Assembly (NCBI GenBank): GCA_965250005.1
Contig: OZ252279.1
Span: 600,001-632,000 of the forward strand
Direction of reading: 5' to 3'
DNA from: Demequinaceae bacterium
Lineage (GTDB): Bacteria; Actinomycetota; Actinomycetes; Actinomycetales; Demequinaceae
Length of the DNA stretch: 32,000 bases
The position numbers and the translations under genes were made by a program. The notes below the pieces were generated by a model, which was not told the DNA's origin, did no database searches, and saw only the letters and a program-made list of their open reading frames with translations. The stretch's first letter is position 1; each line of letters begins with the position of its first letter. Positions 27,001-32,000 of this stretch are shown here, piece after piece.

Positions 27001-27345
27001 TTAATGCCAGAATACCGCAATTGTGATGTTTACGAGTGTCAGGCTGAGCATTGCCGCCCACGCCGGGACGTTGCTGGACTTCTTCTCGCGATTGACGAAG
27101 CCAATGATCGCCACGGCCAGCGCGATCGTGAACTTGGTGGCGATCCACCACGACTCTGGGTTCTCGTCATTGGCGTAGACCAGGCCGACGAGGATCAGGC
27201 CGGTAAGTACCTGGAAGTAGGCGCCGTCAAGCATGACGCGTGTGACGTTCTTGGCCTTCTCCTTGGTCTGATGCAGCGCCCCGCCGACGATCATGCCGAG
27301 GCCGATGAAGTGCAAGATCAGCACGATCTTGATCGCGATTTCCAT
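27001..27345 (-). CDS. small integral membrane protein (4 predicted TM), paralogue A
   Basis: 114 aa (MEIAIKIVLILHFIGLGMIVGGALHQTKEKAKNVT...AVFWH). GC3 is about 86% by hand count. Four hydrophobic segments. Confidence 0.75.
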   Translation of the reverse strand: MEIAIKIVLILHFIGLGMIVGGALHQTKEKAKNVTRVMLDGAYFQVLTGLILVGLVYANDENPESWWIATKFTIALAVAIIGFVNREKKSSNVPAWAAMLSLTLVNITIAVFWH

Positions 27346-27428
27346 GTTCTCTCCTTGATGAGATGTTTAGTGATCCAAGTATGGCGCGCACGGCAACTCT
27401 GAGCATTGTCGCCGCATAGTCTGGGCCC

Positions 27429-28418
27429 ATGCCATCAGCAAATCATTCGGCGGCGCTTGGCGCGACCTACGCCCTAGTGGGCGCCGCGCTCTTCGGCATC
27501 AACGGTTCTGTCTCCAAGGTGGTCGTGGGTGCCGGCGTCACGCCCGAGCAGGTGACACTCGGGCGCTCATCTGCGACCGCCATAATCGCGGGCATCTGGC
27601 TGCTGGCAACGGCGCGCGAGCAGTTCCACCTCAGCGGCCGCGACTTTGTGCGGCTCGCTGCGCTCGGCGTCGCAGGCCTGGCCATGATTCAGTGGCTGTA
27701 CACCCTCGCCATCTCGATCTTGCCCGTTGGCGTGGCTCTGCTCATCCAATACACCGCCGTAGTTATGGTGGCGCTCTGGGCGGGGCTCGTGTACCGCGAG
27801 CACATACATCCACACCTCTGGGTTGCGATCGGAGCCGTGCTCGTTGGCCTCGCCGTTGTCGCGCAGATCTGGGACAGCGACCTTCGCCCGCTCGGAGTCC
27901 TTGCGGCGATCGGAGCGGCTGTGGCGTACGCCTTCTACTTCCTTGCAGGCGCGCGTGGGGTAGCACGACGGCCGCCCATCGCCGTCGCGTTCTGGGCGTC
28001 TCTATTTGCAGCCGCGTTCTGGGTGATATTCAGCCGCTGGTGGCAGCTTGAGCCGTCGACCGTGACGGCGTCCACGTCGCTCGGAGGCAACCTCACCCAC
28101 CTGGCTGTGCCCGTCTGGGTGCTGTTCCTGTGGGTGGTGACGCTCGGCGCGTTTGCGCCGTTCCTGCTGTCGTTCCTAGCGCTCAAGCACCTGAGCGCTA
28201 CGGCAGTAGGCATCCTGGCGTCATCAGAGGTGCTCTTCGCGTTCGTTGTCGCTTGGCTGTGGCTCAACGAAAAGCTCTCACTGCTTCAAGTTGGCGGCGC
28301 AGCAGTGGTGTTCGTAGGAATCGTGATCGCGCAGACCGCTCGGGCCAAGCGAACGAATAGCGCCGATGCACCGGTTGCCGTCGCGGGCGACATCCCGATT
28401 ACACTGTCCGACAACTAA
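27429..28418 (+). CDS. EamA/DMT-family transporter
   Basis: 329 aa, about 10 TM, two EamA-like halves. ATG start. Confidence 0.85.
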   Translation: MPSANHSAALGATYALVGAALFGINGSVSKVVVGAGVTPEQVTLGRSSATAIIAGIWLLATAREQFHLSGRDFVRLAALGVAGLAMIQWLYTLAISILPVGVALLIQYTAVVMVALWAGLVYREHIHPHLWVAIGAVLVGLAVVAQIWDSDLRPLGVLAAIGAAVAYAFYFLAGARGVARRPPIAVAFWASLFAAAFWVIFSRWWQLEPSTVTASTSLGGNLTHLAVPVWVLFLWVVTLGAFAPFLLSFLALKHLSATAVGILASSEVLFAFVVAWLWLNEKLSLLQVGGAAVVFVGIVIAQTARAKRTNSADAPVAVAGDIPITLSDN

Positions 28419-28429
28419 CGGATTTGCCG

Positions 28430-28463
28430 GCACGGAATGCGTTGATGCTTGTCCCCGTGCTTT
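28430..28463 (+). terminator. weak candidate terminator after the EamA gene
   Basis: gcacgg...(19 nt)...ccgtgc followed by TTTCT. The stem is only 6 bp and the loop is large. Confidence 0.25.
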
Positions 28464-28676
28464 CTGCGATACTGGCGGACTTCGCTACCGTCCAGGACGG
28501 CCAGAGCGATGACCTATCCGATCCCTCAACTGACGGCAACTCCAGGCAACTTCACCCGCGGACGGGCGAAAGGAACACCCGTAGTACGAGGACGCCCGTT
28601 GGGACCGCGATCGCGACGGCAGCGGCAGCGTTGCGAGCCAGAAACTGACTGGGCCACGTGCCTCCCGCGTCTCGCA

Positions 28677-30044
28677 CTAGTCGAGGTAGTCGCGCAGCAC
28701 CTGTGAGCGCGAAGGGTGGCGCAACTTAGACATGGTCTTGGACTCGATCTGGCGAATGCGCTCGCGCGTGACGCCAAAGACGCGGCCGATCTCGTCAAGA
28801 GTTTTGGGCTGTCCATCGGTGAGCCCGAAACGCATCCCGACCACGCCAGCCTCGCGCTCGCTAAGCGTGTCCATGACTTTGCTGAGTTCTTCTTGCAGGA
28901 GTGTGAAGCCTACCGCGTCGGCTGGCACGACCGCCTCAGAATCCTCGATCAGGTCTCCGAATTCGCTGTCGCCATCCTCGCCGAGCGGCGTGTGCAGCGA
29001 GATAGGTTCGCGTCCGTACTTCTGGACCTCGACTACCTTCTCTGGTGTCATGTCGAGCTCAGCGGCGAGCTCCTCAGGCGTGGGCTCGCGGCCCAAGTCT
29101 TGGAGCATCTGACGCTGGACGCGGGCAAGCTTGTTGATCACCTCAACCATGTGGACCGGGATGCGAATGGTGCGCGCCTGGTCTGCCATCGCGCGCGTGA
29201 TCGCCTGGCGGATCCACCACGTAGCGTAGGTCGAGAACTTGTATCCCTTGGCGTAGTCAAATTTCTCGACCGCCCGAATAAGTCCCAGGTTTCCCTCCTG
29301 GATCAGGTCGAGAAACAGCATCCCGCGACCGGTGTAGCGCTTCGCGAGCGACACCACGAGGCGAAGGTTGGCCTCGAGCAGGTGGTTCTTGGCGTGGCGG
29401 CCGTCGTTCGCGATCCACTCGAGTTCGCGACGTGCCTTCGCGTTCATCTTCTTGGACTCAGCCAACTTCTCTTCTGCGAATAGGCCGGCCTCAATGCGCT
29501 TGGCGAGGTCGACCTCTTGCTCCGCGTTGAGGAGCGCGACCTTGCCGATCTGCTTGAGGTAGTCCTTGACCGGGTCCGCTGTGGCGCCCGCAGTAATAAC
29601 TTGCTGCGGCGGAGCGTCGTCGTCAGTCGCGCCAAGCACAAAGCCCTTGGACTCCGGCTCTTCAGGCTCAGTGGTGGCCTTGCCCTTTGTCGTCGTTTCG
29701 TCACTCGCCTTGGTGGGTGCGGCAGCGTCCTTCTTTTTGGCGGCCGTCTTCTTCGCGGGCGCCTTCTTCCCGCCCGTGGTATCTGGAGCGCTCGCAGACG
29801 ACGACTTGGCTGCCGGAGCCTTCTTGCTCGCTTGCGCCTTCTTGTCCGCAGCCGGGTCGGCGGGCGCACTAGCCTTGGCGCGCGCAGTCTTGGCAGGTGC
29901 GCTGGCCGCTCGGGTGGACTTCTTCGTTGCCGATTTTGCTCCGCTAGACGCGGTCGCGGACTTGATGGCGGCGGCTGCTGACTGGGGCTTCAACTCGTCG
30001 GAACTGCCTTCGGCTTTGCGACGTTTGAAAATGCTAGGCGACAC
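28677..30044 (-). CDS. sigA: RNA polymerase principal sigma factor (sigma-70 group 1)
   Basis: 455 aa. Lys/Ala/Pro-rich N-terminus followed by conserved regions 1.2-4.2 ([31 protein letters not shown]; [28 protein letters not shown]; [32 protein letters not shown]; [29 protein letters not shown]). GTG start. Confidence 0.96.
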   Translation of the reverse strand: MSPSIFKRRKAEGSSDELKPQSAAAAIKSATASSGAKSATKKSTRAASAPAKTARAKASAPADPAADKKAQASKKAPAAKSSSASAPDTTGGKKAPAKKTAAKKKDAAAPTKASDETTTKGKATTEPEEPESKGFVLGATDDDAPPQQVITAGATADPVKDYLKQIGKVALLNAEQEVDLAKRIEAGLFAEEKLAESKKMNAKARRELEWIANDGRHAKNHLLEANLRLVVSLAKRYTGRGMLFLDLIQEGNLGLIRAVEKFDYAKGYKFSTYATWWIRQAITRAMADQARTIRIPVHMVEVINKLARVQRQMLQDLGREPTPEELAAELDMTPEKVVEVQKYGREPISLHTPLGEDGDSEFGDLIEDSEAVVPADAVGFTLLQEELSKVMDTLSEREAGVVGMRFGLTDGQPKTLDEIGRVFGVTRERIRQIESKTMSKLRHPSRSQVLRDYLD

Positions 30045-30119
30045 GAACGACCTCTCGGATGTGGTGATTGCGCTGGCTCGCTGGGTGCTCCGGCCTGTCG
30101 CCGTCGCGCAATACAGTTA

Positions 30120-30125
30120 ATTGTA
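30120..30125 (-). promoter_or_regulatory. candidate -10 hexamer TACAAT upstream of sigA
   Basis: The minus strand reads gcgc-TACAAT-taactg about 75 nt upstream of the sigA GTG. There is no convincing -35, which is usual for actinobacterial promoters. Confidence 0.2.
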
Positions 30126-30208
30126 GCGCCAGCGCGCAAGTCGTATGCCCAATCCTTCGCTCTGAGCTCGTTGCCCGAGAGCGCATTCCGGCCAAAAGAG
30201 ACAATCGG

Positions 30209-31276
30209 CTACGCGGCCCTCTTCCAGCCTGGCTGAATCCCGGCTAGTAGCGTGCACTCCAGGAGCCCCGCGAGCCGATACCCGGGTTCCGCGGCCTGTG
30301 CCCCCTCGAGCATATCGCGGCAGACCACCGAGTCGCCGTCCCACCATGCGATCAACGCCTGCAGGGTGAGCGTAGGAGCGCGCTGATCCTGCCGCGCGAG
30401 CGACGTGAGCCGGCCGCACAGCTCCCAGGCGACAGCAACCAGCGAATCCGTAGGACGTCGGCCCTGCTCGGGAGAGAGCAATACGTCGAGAGCCGCAGAT
30501 ACCTGATTCGGGGCTGATCCAGCGAGAATCCCGCGAGCAGTCGCGAGCCTGCCTGGAAGGAGCGAAACCACCACGGCGTCCCTCACAGCGCGGTCTTGAA
30601 GTGCTGCCACGAGCTTCCCCGCGTGCGCATCCGTGGGCATGTCCCCTCGCGCCGCCGCTTTCCACGCACCCCGCCAAAGCGCAAAGGAGTCCCGGCGCCA
30701 TGTGGCGCCGTCGCGCTCTCGGTGGGCCCACCAGCGGTCCCCTGCGCGCGCCGCGCGCCTGCGGGACGGTTCGCCAGGCGATCGCGTTGTGGGGGCGCGG
30801 CCCGCTTCCGAGCCGTGTGGGTACATGCGAACACTCGCGAGCTTTCTGTTGCGAGCGACAGCGGTAGGCACGACGGTGCCGTTCTGCGGGCAGCACGTGT
30901 ACTTCGCGCACCCAGGCGAAAAATACCGCCCGTCCACGACTGCCCACCCCTCAACGTCGATCCCTGCCGCAAGGAGGGCGGGGCGAAGCGCGTCTGTTGC
31001 CGCACAGTCCAATCGCACAGCATCATCCGTGAATGAAACGGCAACCACGCTACGCGCACCGTCGCGCGCGAGATGAGCAACGATGCCTCGCACGAGGGGG
31101 CTGGCAACATCCGGTTGCAGACAATCAGTGCGATCCACGCGCAGCAGCACACCCAACTTGCCGCCTTCGAGAATCGCGACAAGGACGACAGACTCTCGCG
31201 GCTCGAACCCCAGCAGCACGGGAATCGTCGCTATCAACTCGCCAGGGCCGCGGATGTGGTGTCGGTGAGTCATCAC
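30209..31276 (-). CDS. DUF4192 domain-containing protein
   Basis: The N-terminus (HRHHIRGPGELIATIPVLLGFEPRESVVLV) is the characteristic DUF4192 opening. 355 aa. The start could be GTG 31276 or ATG 31273. Confidence 0.8.
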   Translation of the reverse strand: MMTHRHHIRGPGELIATIPVLLGFEPRESVVLVAILEGGKLGVLLRVDRTDCLQPDVASPLVRGIVAHLARDGARSVVAVSFTDDAVRLDCAATDALRPALLAAGIDVEGWAVVDGRYFSPGCAKYTCCPQNGTVVPTAVARNRKLASVRMYPHGSEAGRAPTTRSPGEPSRRRAARAGDRWWAHRERDGATWRRDSFALWRGAWKAAARGDMPTDAHAGKLVAALQDRAVRDAVVVSLLPGRLATARGILAGSAPNQVSAALDVLLSPEQGRRPTDSLVAVAWELCGRLTSLARQDQRAPTLTLQALIAWWDGDSVVCRDMLEGAQAAEPGYRLAGLLECTLLAGIQPGWKRAA

Positions 31277-31363
31277 TCAACGCTGAAGCACCGTCCAACG
31301 CGTGGCCACAGCAACCGCGCTTGCTGTGGGCGGTTTTGCTGTCAGGGGGCCTGGGGACCACCG

Positions 31364-31714
31364 CTAGAAAAGGATCTGCGCCACCCGCCGCACGTGGGCC
31401 CTGCTGCCCGAACGCAGAGTCTCGATGGGCGACGCGCCCAGCTCGGGGTGCTCATCGAGCATCCATGCCATCGCCTCGTCGTCGTCGAGTCCAGCGTCCC
31501 CAAGCATGGTCAAGGTCCCGTGGAGCCAGCGATGAGGCGTCACGCCGTGCATACTCTCGTCGAGGAATACCTCAGGAACATAGAGCGCGCTGTTTTCTCC
31601 ACGCCGAACTGCGAGCAGTTTGCGATCGTGCAATAGGTCGCGAACTCTACTCAACGGCACCCCAAGTCGCTCCGCCACATCAGGGACGGCCAGCCAGACA
31701 ATTCGATTCGACAC
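31364..31714 (-). CDS. Rv2175c-family DNA-binding protein
   Basis: 116 aa with an N-terminal HTH (LAVPDVAERLGVPLSRVRDLLHDRKLLAVRRG). Divergent from a Ser/Thr kinase gene, as for Rv2175c/pknL in M. tuberculosis. GTG start. Confidence 0.8.
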   Translation of the reverse strand: MSNRIVWLAVPDVAERLGVPLSRVRDLLHDRKLLAVRRGENSALYVPEVFLDESMHGVTPHRWLHGTLTMLGDAGLDDDEAMAWMLDEHPELGASPIETLRSGSRAHVRRVAQILF

Positions 31715-31804
31715 GACACAAGCCTACAAACAACGCGGAGCGCTGATTGCCTCTGCGCGTTTCGGTCATCAGGCCAGCCCCGCGCACGGCCCTAGAATGT
31801 GTTC

Positions 31805-32000
31805 GTGCCCAAGACCGCTATTGACCCACTTGTCGGCCAAGTAGTCGACGACCGCTACTTGGTGCGCGAACTCATCGCCAAAGGCGGAATGGCCACGGTC
31901 TACCTTGCGACAGACCGCCGCCTAGGTCGCGACGTCGCCCTCAAGATCATGCGGCCGGCCCTCGCTGGCGAAGGAACCACGAGCGACTTCATATCGAGGT
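31805..32000 (+). CDS. Ser/Thr protein kinase, N-terminal fragment (PknL-like), runs off the window
   Basis: Manual translation gives VPKTAIDPLVGQVVDDRYLVRELIAKGGMATVYLATDRRLGRDVALKIMRP... It shows the Hanks subdomain I glycine loop and the subdomain II VALK lysine. GTG at 31799 is an in-frame alternative start. It is absent from the ORF track because no stop lies in the window. Confidence 0.8.
   Translation, partial: MPKTAIDPLVGQVVDDRYLVRELIAKGGMATVYLATDRRLGRDVALKIMRPALAGEGTTSDFISR

Noticed and set aside
26480-27420. Low-GC islet as horizontally acquired DNA
   Set aside because: GC3 of paralogue A is about 86%, which is genome-typical. The dip is explained by Ile/Lys/Phe/Asn-rich membrane-protein composition plus spacers. 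No flanking repeats, tRNA or integrase are present.
28424-28648. 74-aa + ORF between EamA and sigA
   Set aside because: It has a TTG start without an SD, GC3 of only about 70%, a disordered low-complexity product, and no family I recognise.
29590-30044. Lys/Ala/Pro-rich repetitive N-terminus of SigA as an unusual domain
   Set aside because: Extended basic low-complexity N-termini are typical of actinobacterial principal sigma factors, so this is not anomalous.
30117-31746. Arg-rich ORFs of 276, 199 and 237 aa overlapping DUF4192 and the Rv2175c-like gene
   Set aside because: These are alternative-frame or antisense artefacts. The DUF4192 and Rv2175c-family frames have recognisable N-terminal signatures and account for the coding signal.
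1-32000. Search for a defence island, toxin-antitoxin, prophage, BGC or other novel multi-gene system
   Set aside because: Every multi-gene stretch is accounted for by conserved housekeeping synteny. No nuclease/ATPase/helicase orphan clusters, retron- or CRISPR-like repeats, or mobile-element boundaries were seen. Only the small-scale oddities listed under findings remain.

Overview
High-GC (about 65%) actinobacterial chromosomal core, densely coded on both strands. Gene order matches the conserved actinobacterial block known from Mycobacterium tuberculosis Rv2680-Rv2703: DUF3000, rnd, dxs, acn, TRAM methyltransferase, APC-type permease, trkA x2, DUF3159, OB-fold protein, dut, DUF4193, suhB-like, then sigA. 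A topoisomerase IV pair (parC, parE) lies near sigA, as in Streptomyces, Micrococcales and Actinomycetales. The Rv2175c-like/pknL-like divergent pair sits at the right edge. I called 32 CDSs, one of them missing from the ORF track because it is under 60 aa. Many ORF-track entries are N-terminally over-extended or are antisense artefacts of high GC, and I trimmed starts where homology and overlap logic supported it. By eye I found no tRNA, rRNA, CRISPR array, transposase, integrase or recognisable defence or toxin genes. I do not see a convincing new multi-gene system; this is mostly ordinary housekeeping DNA. The least ordinary stretch is the ~520-bp spacer between parC and the parE operon (22821-23341). 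It holds an AT-rich 12-bp tandem direct repeat with a TTGACA box, an unlisted 58-codon ORF for a signal-peptide-bearing small protein, and a TAGCGACC x5 microsatellite that gives stops in all six frames. Other points worth a second look are a tandem pair of diverged small 4-TM paralogues behind a perfect 17-bp hairpin, a 71-bp convergent gene overlap, an SD-sequestering hairpin in the acn leader, and a back-to-back permease/trkA start region. All functional names are by-eye recognition of motifs and synteny, not database searches.
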